Shown here: piece by piece, positions 52,008 through 64,000 of the stretch
How the letters are laid out: the number at the start of each line of letters is the position of its first letter
Numbering within the stretch: the stretch's first letter is position 1
Source of the DNA: Octopus vulgaris
Taxonomy: Eukaryota
Assembly (NCBI GenBank): GCA_951406725.2
Contig: OX597816.1
Location: 123,194,001 to 123,258,000 of the forward strand
Length of the DNA: 64,000 nucleotides
Direction of reading: 5' to 3'
Notes under the pieces: model-generated
Databases searched by the model: none
What the model was told of the DNA's origin: nothing
Seen by the model: only the letters and a program-made list of their open reading frames with translations
Made by a program: the position numbers and the translations under genes

Positions 52008-54129
52008 AAATCTACTTAACCTTTTGATCAGAAGCTCCTTCATCCCAAGCTATATCCATCCTGAAACTTTTCCATGACCTGAACCTCATTGTCATACTTA
52101 ACCCTTCATCTCCTAACCCTTTAACATTTTAACTGACCACATCCAGCCAAAATATTTTACCAGTTTTATCTCCATATCAGCTAGATCTGGTTTTCTACCT
52201 ACCCTACAATGTCATTTCAAAAATAAATAATTACATCATCAAAATCTTGAAGCTATGTGAAAATGCATGATTAATTCAAAACAGTGTGAATAAATAAGTA
52301 TCAGATTTAATAGAGAAATCTGACTGTTAAAAGATTGAACAATTTCTTAATAAATATGCAACAAATATAATTGAGCATTTTGACTGCATTCTTCAAACCA
52401 AATATATTGCATTATATGTAATATCTACAGCACATTGCACTTAGGCAAACAGAGTCATTGGCTGGATGACAAATTTCTTGAATGTCTTCAAACTAGTAAT
52501 CTAGCACCTTAATGTGCTCAGTCCTCCTTCTAACCACCTTTCAGTCTGTGATATGCTGTCACAATTTGTTTCTAATGAGATGTGTAACCCCAGAGAAAAA
52601 GCTAGCAGTTTTAACCTGGAAGCTCTTTTCTGGGAAGCATTAATATATGTCTTAACTTCACTTGATTCTGCCTTTCTCCCTATACCTTTTACCAAAATTA
52701 TACATAAATTTTTATGATCCTGTAAGCCTTGTCTGAGTGTGTATGTGTACATATGTGCGTGTGTGTGAGTATGTGTGTGTACGTGAGTGCATGAATGTAT
52801 GTGTATGCATTTGTTCTGCTGTGTGTGTATATATTTGATTTTTTAGTTACCCATCTGTAAATGTGGTTTCTCTAAAACCAGCCTCTATCTTCAGTTGACC
52901 TGTCACCTGTCCATAATCTTTCTAGCTACAAACTTCAGCCTTCTCTTCCTTGCCATTGCCATTCTTTATTTCTTTCTTTTTATTCAGTTCACACCACCAC
53001 CTCTCACTTGATATTCTCCACCACTTTCTTCATCACTTCCAGATATATAAGCCTTTGCATCATTTCATTCTTCCTTTTGGTAGCTTGTCACCAATGCAAG
53101 AACACATTCATTATTTTCTTGACTCTCAAAAATAGGCCAAGAATCCAAAACATTAGATCTTTTTTTGCACTTCATGACATCTAAGTTTATCAAATTCTTT
53201 AACTCTCCAAAAGCCTGTTGCAAATGCAGACCACTCGCTGTTCCCTTGGATTCTACATTTTACCACAAATGATTTGTATTACAGGCCTCCTATTCTTCCT
53301 CTCATCCTCCCTTCCATCCTCCTCCCCCCTTCCCCTCCTCATCTTATGTTCATTTTCCCATGCTGTTCTGCTAGATTCTCTTCAGTCAGATGACCTTACT
53401 GATGCCAAACTTCATTTGTTTTTAAGTATGGAAACATTTCCCAATGCCAAAACAAATCTTCATTAGAAATAAAGGATGATTCTTGTATGACAGTGAACTC
53501 ATTTACAACTATTAAGTAATGTCAAGACAAAGAGATTGTAACACACACACACACACACATATACATACACACATGCATATATGCATATATACTTATATTC
53601 ATGTACACACACATGCACACACACACACAGATATATATATATTTATGTTTGTATGTATGTGTGTGTGTGTGTGTGTGTATGTGTGTGTGTGTGCGTGTGT
53701 GTGTATGTGTGAAAAGAGGAGATTGAAAGATTTTTTGGTATTATTTTCCAATTTCCTGTTGTGATATTATTACTCTACAAAAAAATATTTTCCATTATTT
53801 TCGACTCTTATGTATACCCCACACAAATATAACCTCTACATACAGATTTGGAGTACTTAAATAAGCAAATGTCTTCATAATGATATATATATATATATTA
53901 CAACAAAATTTTATATAGAGCTACCCAAGGTTTCGCACCCACAAAGCAAAAGCCTTGTGGACAGCTTGTCAAATGCTATATGAATACAAAATTTTAAAAT
54001 ATCTATGAATGCTCAGAACTCAATGAATATGAAAAAAATCTTAATGAGTATGGGTTATTTCCCCTTAATCAGAGTAAAAAAAAAATACCTTTATAGACTT
54101 GGAGAAGCCTAACAAGCAAACAGGGAGAT

Positions 54130-54672
54130 CTAATCTTCTAGTAAGTAGTGCTTGAAGTGGATACATTTAGAAAACACTTCTTTATGGTTATTTAATGTGC
54201 CAGGCTTCTTAAGGTCATTAAGAATTTTGGTTCTCTCCACGGTGCAAATCTTGCAACAGACACTTCCGTTAATATATGGGCCCATAAAATCAATTAATTT
54301 CCACCTGACATCACACAGGGTGCCTTGATCTTTGAGGTATCAAACGTGGTGGGCAAGGGATGTAACAAGCCGTCTTTCTAGGACTCTGAAGGATGACTGG
54401 TGGTTAAGAAAACATTTCTTGAATGAAGTACTCACCGAACCAATATATTTATAAACATGGGGTGTGGTCCTATTCGCACTCATGGTAACATGTGGTATGA
54501 GGCTGGTCATTCTATCCATGTCAAAGATGAATATTTGGTCCTCAGCTGAGGTAGCAGAACTGGGAACAGCAAGTACCTCCTCCAAGTCGTTGGTTCTGGA
54601 TAGGTCATTATTTCCAGGTGCGGCGTTTGTACTGTTCACTTTATCTGCATCTATGGTTTGTTCACTATCCAT
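54130..54672 (-). pseudogene. Penelope GIY-YIG endonuclease pseudo-ORF (one in-frame TGA at 54340-54342)
   Basis: YKYIGSVSTSFKKCFLNHQSSF...TSLAHHV*YLKDQG...VRWKLI...PYINGSVCCKICTVERTKI...LNNHKEVFSKCIHFKHYLLED. Confidence 0.85.
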
Positions 54673-54737
54673 GGCAGTGGTACCAGGATCTTCAGTGATG
54701 CTCTCTGTGACGTAGATATTTTAAACTTTTGTATTCA

Positions 54738-54802
54738 TATAGAGTCTGATGAGCTGTCCACAAGACATTAACTTTGTGCGTGTGAAACCTTGGGTAACTG
54801 TA
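54738..54802 (+). ncRNA. Type-I hammerhead ribozyme motif in the inverted pLTR (decayed mirror at 53914-53980, minus)
   Basis: CTGATGA 54746-52, stem II CACAAG../..TTTGTG, GAAA 54784-87, CC-TTG-GG, GTA triplet. Combining the two copies gives stem I TATAGAGY/GCTCTATA. Confidence 0.7.
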
Positions 54803-55950
54803 AAATTTTGTTGTTATAATTACTGTTCTATTTTTTTAGAGTGTGCTTATTTCTGATATATGTTTTTATGATATATATATATTTGTAGGAGAATTTGTTT
54901 TTGAAAATGCACCTGAATTTGAAAAACTAACAGATGTTTTTAAATAGACTTATTTACATACATACATACCAAACTAGTTTCAATAATTTTTTGTTTATCA
55001 CTTCTACAAATGTTTATAAAACAATGGGATTTTAACAGAGTTTAAAATTATGAAGTAGAAATTGAACAAACATATTTAAGCAATCAAATGTTCACATAAA
55101 ATTCAATGACAGGGATAGGTGATATCAAAGTAAATGTTTCGTGAAAAATATGATAAATGTACATTACTAAAAGTTCGGTTATATTGAGTTTTTATAAAGT
55201 ATAAGGACACAAGAGAGAAAAAAGAAAGAAAAGAATAAAAAAAGTTTCTTTTACAGTTTCTGTACAACACATAGAAACTGTGTGTAGTTCTTTTTTCCAT
55301 TGCATACAGGACTTTCTACTTTTAACAGTTTTTTGGGAATCAGAAAGTATCTTGTGTATATATATGGTTTTACTAGAAAGGATCTAATTTTTGATTTGTT
55401 ATAATTCTTATGACATTCTTTCTGGTGGATGTTTTTGGTCAAAAAATACATTTTGTTTTGGCATTAGTGTTTTGGTTGCTTGGTTTTCTGTACATACACA
55501 CACATACACACACACATACAGACACATGTGTGTGTGTGTGTGTGTGTGTGGATACATACATGTATTCTTTATTTTCTATACTGGCATGGATTAGATGGTT
55601 TGACAGGAGCTGGCAAATCAGAGGACTTCATCAAGATCTGCTGTCAAATTTGCTATGGTTTCTATGACTGGATGTCCTTTAAACACCAACCACTTCATAG
55701 AGTGCACTGGGTGCTTTTTACATGGTACCAGCGTTGCCAATGTCACCAAGTACATTACATGACAAAGTCCCCTTGTACATCATCACCATTTAACATCTGT
55801 TTTCCATGCTAGCATGAATTGTACAGTTTGACTTGAAAACTGGTAAGCTGGAGAGCTGCATCAAGTTCCAGTCTGATGTGGCATGACTTTTATAGCTGGA
55901 TGCCCTTCCTATTCTCAACCACTCCAAGAGTGTAGCATATATATATATAT

Positions 55951-56110
55951 CTACCTTATTTGTGCATTAACCAGGCTACCATTGGTTTCATGTTATGGGA
56001 GTATGTCTCGTAACATGAAACCAATGGTAGCCTGTTTAAACCACAAGTGAAGAATATTTATCCATCAATGTGGTGTTGAGCAATCGCTCATTCTCACTGT
56101 TTGATAATAA
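55951..56110. mobile_element. Short fold-back insertion (palindrome 55972-56034) with HHR 3' half
   Basis: CAGGCTACCATTGGTTTCATGTTATGGGA-gtatg-TCTCGTAACATGAAACCAATGGTAGCCTG, containing GAAA-CC-AAT-GG-TA. Microsatellite flanks. Confidence 0.6.
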
Positions 56111-56195
56111 CACACACATATATATGCATATATATACATATACATACACACACACACTCTCTCTCTCACACACACATATATACATACATACATAC

Positions 56196-56247
<52 letters not shown>

Positions 56248-56297
56248 ATACATATATATATGTGTATATACATATATGCATACATACATACATACAT

Positions 56298-56827
56298 GGT
56301 GGCTGTCCCCTAGTATGGCCATTGCACGAAGCTTAATCAATGTTGTTATCATGCAATGCCTGTGCAAGAAGATATTTTTTTAAGTGAGGAAAGGCTATGC
56401 ACTGAGTCAATCCCACTCACTAAGCAACAGCAGCCATAATCCGAAAAGAAGAACAAGTCAACATCATCGGTAACCACTGAGCTGCAGGTTTTATGTTGGA
56501 GTTATCCCAGTTACCTGAGTTGCCTTCTCCTAGAAGGATGCCCTGACAAAGGCTAGGAGTCCTTCACTCCCAATGGTTTAACTGCGCGATCGGGTATTCA
56601 ATCCAATTATTTCTATGTCCCCGCACATGATACAGCTTTAAGACATTTATTGGATGGCCGTTCACTCTCAAGAGTTCCTCCGCCCTTTGACGGGATTTGT
56701 TTTTCATCCCACAGGGTGACCAATAAACACCCTCCTCACCAAGCGAGCTTGGTGGGTTTACCAGTTTAGTCGCCGACGACCCGACCATGCAACAGGTAGT
56801 ACTGGGTTACATGTTACCAGTAGCACA
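56298..56827 (-). mobile_element. GC-richer non-coding retroposon resembling an RTE 5' UTR, in a (TACA)n tract
   Basis: Minus strand GGGCATCCTTCTAGGAGAAGGCAACTC resembles, from recall, the conserved RTE 5'-UTR motif. CATACATACAT on both flanks. Confidence 0.45.
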
Positions 56828-56939
56828 TACATACATACATACACATATATAAAAATGAAAACAAATGAATGGATTAGATGGTATTGCTGCAATTATTTCT
56901 TTCAGATATTTTATTGCACTGAATTACATACAGGATGTT

Positions 56940-57330
56940 ATGTATGAAGTGCAATATCTATAAGTTACTGCAAAGTGCAACAGAAGACCTCTCAACTCAT
57001 CAAGCTGTGTTACATAAGAGCAAATATTGATGTGCCCAGGGATAGCATAGCCTAACAGTAGGTCAGCTGTCCTGCTGATGTGAATATCTTTTTGAAAACC
57101 AAAGAGAAAGAAGATAACTATGGACAACTGCTTCAAGACCTCCAGCATCTATATCCAGATTAAAAAGTTACATTTATACCAATAATAACTCATGCACTTG
57201 GTTTTGTAAGTAAATGCCTAACTGTCAATTTGGATAGCTTGGATTTTCAGAAAATATCAACTTTTAGAAGGCTAGAAATACAATCTGTGAGCAGAACAGT
57301 AAAACTATACAAGACTTTACTCATGTTTAA
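56940..57330 (+). pseudogene. REL-endonuclease fragment of an R2/R4/NeSL-type element
   Basis: VSCPADVNIFLKTKEKEDNYGQLLQDLQHLYPD*KVTFIPIITHALGFV...IQSVSRTVKL. Confidence 0.7.
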
Positions 57331-57624
57331 AATGTGACATTGTTTTCGTTATCTACATTCCCCTGATGGAGCTTTGTATCTTTGTTAGATATCAGCTCTT
57401 TCTTCACAGAGAGAATTTAAATGATTAAATACAGAATAAACATATACATATACACACATATAATACATAACACACATATATATCCTGCCAAGGTTGACTT
57501 TACCTTTCATCCTTTTGGGGCTGATAAGTTAAGTATCAGTTGCCTACTGGAGTCGATCTAATTGACTGTCACCTTCCCCAAAAGTTTTGGGCTTGTGCCT
57601 AGAGTAGAAAAGAATATATATATA

Positions 57625-58128
57625 TAAATCGGAATTGAAATTGAACCAATCCTATGACTGTCACCCGGCAGTTGCCAGGACCGCTGGACTGACTCCTGTG
57701 CAGGTGGCAAGTGAAGAAATACCATTTCGACCCTATGCTTGAGGAGATCCATTGAGTCAAGTACACCAACATCAAAATCAATGGAAACTGCAGTTGTGAT
57801 CCCTGTGCCAGTGGCACGTAAAAAGCACCATCTGAACGTGGCCGATGCCAGCACCGCCTTGACTGGCTTCTGTGCCGGTGGGACGTAAAATGCACCAATC
57901 TGATTGTGGCTGTTGCCAGCCTCACTTGGCACCTGTGCAGGTGGCACGTAAAGAGTACCCACTACACTCACAGAGTGGTTGGCGTTAGGAAGGGCATCCA
58001 GCTGTAGAAACACTGCCAGATCAGACTGGAGCCTGGTGCAGCCTTCTGGCTTCCCAGATCCCCGGTCGAACTGTCCAACCCATGCTAGCATGGAGAACGG
58101 ATGTTAAACGATGATGATGATGATGATG
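57625..58128 (+). mobile_element. Family R retroposon
   Basis: GTGCC.GTGGCACGTAAA sub-repeats, 3' end and (GAT)n tail. Confidence 0.75.
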
Positions 58129-58131
58129 AAA

Positions 58132-58694
58132 TATATATATAATATAAAATCCGTTCTGTCTGTCTGTGTGTGTGTCTCCTAGGATCTCAGGCATCCTCCA
58201 TCTGATTGCGCTCAAATTTGATATGTAGATACTGACAGTATCAGGGCGTGTATATGTCTTGAAAAAATTACAAAAATCGATTCCAGGTGAGAATGCGATC
58301 GATAAAGCCGTTTTTGTCCTGCTTTTCTTCCGTCAACCTGTGCATAACTGCACCTTCCATTTTTTGTTGCTTTTGTACTGCTTAAAGGTATGTTTCTTTC
58401 CTGCCAAGCTTACTACTTAAACCATGTTTGTGTTCTCCCAGTCAACAGCCTTATCATTACTGGTACTTTAAACTCTTCAGTTGCATATTTGTGTGAATAA
58501 AATCGTTTTTCTTTGGAATAGAAAAAAAGTCTATCTATATTTCTTCGTTTGCTGGTGTCTCAAATTTAGGTTAAATCGGTGTTTCTCAAAGGGGAGGCCT
58601 ATGGGACGGTCGGACAAGTTGTTTTTAGAAAATTTGGTTTAAATGTTTGACAACTCAGCACCGTCCATTGGACGGGGGGGGGGTGTTTTGCTCG
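58132..58694 (+). mobile_element. Non-autonomous Helitron-like element
   Basis: 5' TATATAATATAAAAT plus (CTGT)n; 3' hairpin CCGTCC-ATT-GGACGG (58661-75), then CTCG|T (CTAG variant). Confidence 0.6.
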
Positions 58695-61274
58695 TATATA
58701 TATATATATATAAACACACACGCACATATGTACATATATACATATATATGTGTGTGTGTGTGTGTGTATTTATGTATATATATATTTATATATTTATATT
58801 TATATATATTTATATATATACATACACACACAAACACACACATACGTATGTATGCCTGTGGGAAAAACCAACAGGGTATCTATATTTCCATGCAATTGCA
58901 TAGTCACCTAAAGCAATTAGTGAAAGCATTGTACAAGATACCAGGGCATACTCGTTTGCACGTGATGGTTAAGGAAGCAAGCACAGCTTAATGGAGGAAG
59001 TCATTGGGAGTCAAGTGTCTATTGGCATATGAATTGCTTGTCCTTCACTTGGTAATCTGAGTTATTTATGTCTAGCTTTAATTGTTTGTAAGAGTAATTT
59101 TTTTTTCTAATTTGATTCCCTATTTGCAATTTAATCTGCCTTTAATAACTCCTAAACTAGTCACTTAAAATTGGTCTTCTTCTTCTCTTATTACTGTAGA
59201 CACTGCTTGAATAATTTTCCTTCATTCATACTGTTTCATTACTATATCTCTAATTCTTAAGTGTGCTTTTAAGAAAGCTTTTCTAAATCTTCAATGAAAT
59301 AAATTTACAGTTCTATTTTTGACTTACTTAATCTCATGCTCTTAAAAACAAAACCAAGCCGAAAATTTGCTCTTCATAATTTATCTTTAGCAACCATTCC
59401 TAGAAAGTTCACAGTAGCTAAATCTATTTGAATACTAATGACATATTTACATTGATTTTTATCTATTTGTTAAGTGTTTTATTTTCCTGGTTAAAGTTCT
59501 CTTTCTTACACTAGCAACAATGAAAAATTCTATTTGCATGCTGATTGAGTGAAGGATATTTTTTCTGATGCTACCACTCAAATGTGAAGTAGGAGTAAAA
59601 TACGTTTATCAACCAAGTTGATTATGTTGGGAGAATTTATTTACCTTAGCTAAAACCAAACCCTAACTTCCGCAGTGATAACAGAATATAATTAATAAGC
59701 CACAGTACAACATTGTAATTTGAATAAGAATTTGAGATTGTAATACAGCAAAATATTATTTTGACAACATGTGGTAATTTAAGCAATAAAAACTTCGGAT
59801 ATGCAACACCCACTACATGTATTGATCTCTCTTTACAGTTAGCTCAATCATCAATATATTGGACTGTGTTCAAGAGAATTTGTTCTGATAAGTAAATTAA
59901 CTTCACTTGCAGCCAACAAAATTGAGCTTCTGAACCACAAAACATACTTCTGTCTTTTCTCCTAACGTTGCTTTCCTTACTAATCTTCTAAACACACCTA
60001 TTTTATACTTCTTTCGATTAATTATACCACTTACATCTGTTTGTCACTTTTTGGCCAGTCCTACAATGTATCATTTTCAATGTAATAAACATTTGGTCAG
60101 TTCATCTTATGGAAACTAAATTTCTCCAGAACATAATACAATTATTCAGTTTTAAGCATGAACAGTGATGTGGGCCACATGAGGGCATTAACTCCAAGAT
60201 CTCTCTTCAGACTAATCAATATATAATAAATTACTTAATGTTTTCAAGTAATGTGATCTCTGCTACTTTGGAGAATTCATTCTTCAGATAGTGAGTTCAA
60301 AGGGTTATAGATCTGCATATGAAATCAAGGGTCATAAGACAAATTATGTTATCTAATAATTCATTGTTTCTTAGCATGAATGGAAAGTGAGAAATATTGG
60401 TTTAGTAGATATATACGAGATATCTCTGAGATAAATAAGAATATCACTTGGAGTGTGTAGCAGAATGGGAATAATATGCATATCTATTTGTTATCTGAAC
60501 CAGATAATATATATTAATATATTTGTAGATATTGACAGATAACCGTATGAAATAGTATGTTAATGTTCAAATTGTTTCAGTAACTAAAGGAAAAAATATC
60601 CTTCAGGAAAACCAGTAGTGTAAAAGAACACAAAAGCAGAAAATAATATAAATAACATATCTGTGCAAATTTACATTCATTCATGCACATATGCAGACAC
60701 ATGCAAACACACAAACATACACACACATACACATATCAATATATTTACTCAGTGTGTATGATAGGATAATTAAGCTTATCTTAGTGTACATGACAGTCAA
60801 CATTTATCTTCGCTTTTGCTCCACAGTTATTCCTGATAGATAAAGAGAAATACTACTTTTATGAGTCCTTTTTGTGGACTACCTCCAAAACTGATGACAT
60901 CATCTTCACCATTGTGTTTGGAAATTTAAGGGGAATTTCAACCGTGTTTTGTGGTCTGCTACGACAACAGCTCCTTTATAGGATCCAGTTAGCTCAAGAC
61001 ATCATCAGGGGAAACCACGTCCGGTTTCGGCCTCTACTCCTCTACTGTTTTGACATGCCCCCCCTTTCGGCAGTGTCTTCAGCTCTGGTGTTGGGTGCAT
61101 GTCTTCTTTCTTCTTTCTTCTGTTCCCTGACCTCTTCGATGTAGTGTCAGTGGATGACTGACTGTCTTGCCAAATTTTTTCCTTTAAATACCCGCTGCTA
61201 GGCTCCAGCAGGCAGCCCCAGCAAGTTGTCATGTGACACTGTCTCACTGTCTGTTGGGTAAATATATCTATTTT

Positions 61275-63570
61275 AAAGTATACATGGAGGCTATAGCTAT
61301 GCCACTCAAAAGAAGCAGGGGAATCAAATCTCTTGAAGTATTGTGATGCAAATGACCTTTCCATTTCCAATACCTTCTTCTAAGAACTAGCCTGCTATCT
61401 GATTACCTACCAGTTAGGTTAATACAGAAGCCAGACAGACTCTGCAGACAGCAGGGGAAGGAAGATACAGGATTGTAAATATCAGGTCTATCACTGGTGA
61501 AGAGTGTATCACTCAACATTGGTTACTACTTAGTGACTTTGAAAAAAGAGGTCTCTAAACCATATACCAAAGACAATCTGAAGAAGGATATAGAAGTTGG
61601 TAGAGTTAACAAGCAACTTTGGGTTCAGATTTGAATATACAGATGCATATGACAAGTTAATGCTGGAGATTAAAATGTAACAGAAGACAGCTAGAAACTT
61701 CCACAGTACAACTACAGAGATTGGTGTACAAAATCTGTGACTAGATCAAAATCCTTGCAAAAAGAGGGTGGCATATGAGCATGGTATAGAACTATAAAAG
61801 CCAAGAAGCAGACCTGAAAAGACAGGAAGAAAGTAGTGTTGTATGTTGTATTGTAGTTATTGTGGTAGTCATGGTAGCTGCTGGTATTTCTATGGTTGCA
61901 TGTGGAAGTAATTAATAACTCTCATAAGCAATTAACAGAAGCTTTATTTACTGCACATAATGTTTTCTGTGTTAGTCTTTTGACAAAAACAAACAGTGAC
62001 AATTACACATTGGGAGATACGTACCACTGAGATCTATGACAATCTAACTGTTATAGCAATTGTGGTTGATCCATCACAGCTTGAAAATAATTGTGCTGTA
62101 TTCATGGTGACAAAATCTGTGCTTTTATGTGCCAATCGCTGGTGATGAAATGAGAATGGAGATGTTGAGCAGCAGTATCAACATTCTGAGGTTACACCAA
62201 AAACCACCTTTATACAGGGCTCACTGAGAAAGTTCTAGAAAGTTGAATCAGGCAATGGCTTGATGTTTGATTGTTCTGTTAATTGGCTGATCACATGAAA
62301 CAGCTGTGGCTTAGTCGTGATGTGTGCCTGGTTAGTCAGTGATTTATGAATCCACCACAGCAGTAAAGAGCAATATCGAGGACAAAGAGAAGGCTAGGTG
62401 CCAAACATATTAAGCAACAAGAGAATATGAGAGTAAGAAGTTTACCAAAGTTTTAAGATATGAAGATCAGAGGTGTATGAGTAATGTTTTTATGCAATTC
62501 TGAATAAGAGAATATTAAACACTGTTGAGGAAGTATGGTAGTGCTGTTTGATGAAGAAAATTCATGAGAGAAAGAGGATCTACCCCAAGTAGATCAAAAA
62601 GTGAGATTAGCTATGCAAGTTCACAGCAGGTCTATCAGGGATGACCACCAAGCTACTTAAATATCCCATGTGTAGAACATGGGCTAGTCATCTGGTTTGT
62701 AATCAAGTAGCACAGGAAAGAAATTAGTTTAGGTGCAATACAGCTTGATTTTTGCACCAGTGGTTTTCTTTTTTTCCTGGTGCAAAAATCAAACTGTATT
62801 GTACCTAAACTAATTCCTTTCCTGTGTTACTTGACTACAAAGCAGATGACTAGCCCATGGTCATCAATTTGATACCTCTGTAACAATTTATGTCTAAGGC
62901 ATCACTTTACCTTTGTAACAGCTGACTATGGTATTGCTGCACTAGTTGTAAATTCTCATGAGAGTTAATGAGGTGTGCAATTATAGACAAGCTCATATAC
63001 AAGGTTGACTTCATAGGCAGTTGGCACACAAGAGCAATAAGTACTATGAGCACAAAAAATAGACTCTCTCCAATGCTCAAGTAGCTTTCCAGAAGTAGTT
63101 CATATCTTGTTGTTATCTTAGAGATATATTTAGCAGTGTAGGTGTATGTGTTCATTGTGTACAGTGTCCAGAGTAAGAACTAATTAAAAAAGAAACATTC
63201 AGCTATAAATTCTGATGAGGCTGTAGTTGCCAAAGTTTTTTTTTTACTCAAGATGGAAGGCAGATTGTATGATGCTTATCTACCAAGCATGATGTAGCAT
63301 GATAGTGAGACAGAGAATTTCCAAAAACTAGAAATAAATAAATCAAGTATAGTCTGTTGGATGTATAAGACTAGTGTGCATAAATGACAAAGTACAAATG
63401 AGATGAAACAGAGATTTCACAAAAAAGAATTAGAGGTAAGCTGCAAGAGAGGGGGCTGTGTTGGTATGAATATGTGATATATATGGAGAAGAAAAGTAGT
63501 ATAAAATGAGTGTTGTGAGCTCAAAGTAATGGAATCTGCAGAGGAGGGAGACTGAGGAGGATAGATCTGA
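61275..63570 (+). pseudogene. Heavily decayed RTE-clade LINE (endonuclease end; post-RT region)
   Basis: IHGGY, YCDANDLSISNTFF, LITYQ and GEECITQHWLLLSDF (~61280-61540); EVV...CYL.D and GRLYDA (~63090-63280). Confidence 0.65.
62678..62859. repeat. Inverted duplication: 83-bp arms, 16-nt spacer
   Basis: CATGGGCTAGTCATCTG...TTTTTGCACCAG / CTGGTGCAAAAA...CAGATGACTAGCCCATG. Confidence 0.9.
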
Positions 63571-64000
63571 AATTAGATTCATTTGCTCAAACTTTAATCG
63601 TTAGCAAAAGTATTAGGGATTTCTTTATATTTTTAATATTAAAAAAACTAACTTGGAAACAGGTTAAATCTGGAGATAAAACATGCATTAATTACATAAA
63701 ATATTGTCAAAGAACTATGCAGTTGCTAGCAAGTTGTGTTGAAAATTGGAATTAAGAATATGAAATTTAGACAGTTTGATTGTTCTTTTAATAACAAGAG
63801 AATTTTTTTTGAACAAAGAAAATGGTTTTCATTTTAACTATTTGATTAAAACTGCGATTCTTTTGAATAGCATAACTATATTAATAAGACAAGAAATATT
63901 GATTATTTGTTAGTTTAGCAAAACCCCAAAAATTATAAATTGCAGTTCAATCATCATTAACCTTTTGGTTTGAGAAAAACAGTTCTGTATTACTTTGCAG

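Larger units (their letters stand above)
53900..54814 (-). mobile_element. Penelope-like element: GIY-YIG 3' region between inverted pLTR segments with HHRs
   Basis: Inverted repeats 53900-54007 / 54711-54814, with the GIY-YIG frame inside. Confidence 0.9.

Noticed and set aside
63212-63240. CTGATGA-GGC...GCC-AAAG hammerhead-like string
   Set aside because: GAAA, helix I and helix III are absent; lies within LINE debris.
63975-64000. Window ends on an acceptor-like TTACTTTGCAG
   Set aside because: Downstream sequence is unavailable, so it cannot be evaluated.

Overview
AT-rich, microsatellite-dense animal genomic DNA. The repeat families look cephalopod (Octopus-like); this is inferred from recalled repeat types, not a database hit. 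There is one 100-N assembly gap. One host exon is well supported: 15516-16184 (+), encoding the C-terminal half of an ANF-receptor-type extracellular domain ending in a WPxG..P.C..C juxtamembrane motif, as in receptor guanylyl cyclases. The rest is probably intronic or intergenic. It is filled with tRNA-derived SINEs, decayed R4/Dong, RTE, Penelope and Gypsy retroelements, Helitron-like elements and a hAT-like MITE. The main signal is a set of sequence-unrelated fold-back or tandem-plus-inverted insertions, mostly in (TA)n tracts, most carrying minimal type-I hammerhead ribozyme (HHR) motifs or HHR halves. Two encode Penelope GIY-YIG fragments (36731-37912, 53900-54814). One is a retrozyme-like 560-bp unit with no recognisable protein, in a circularly permuted tandem/inverted array with three HHRs (19341-20864). 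One is a tRNA-headed SINE fused to an HHR (24295-25070). Coordinates of decayed repeats are approximate, and all structures were read by eye.
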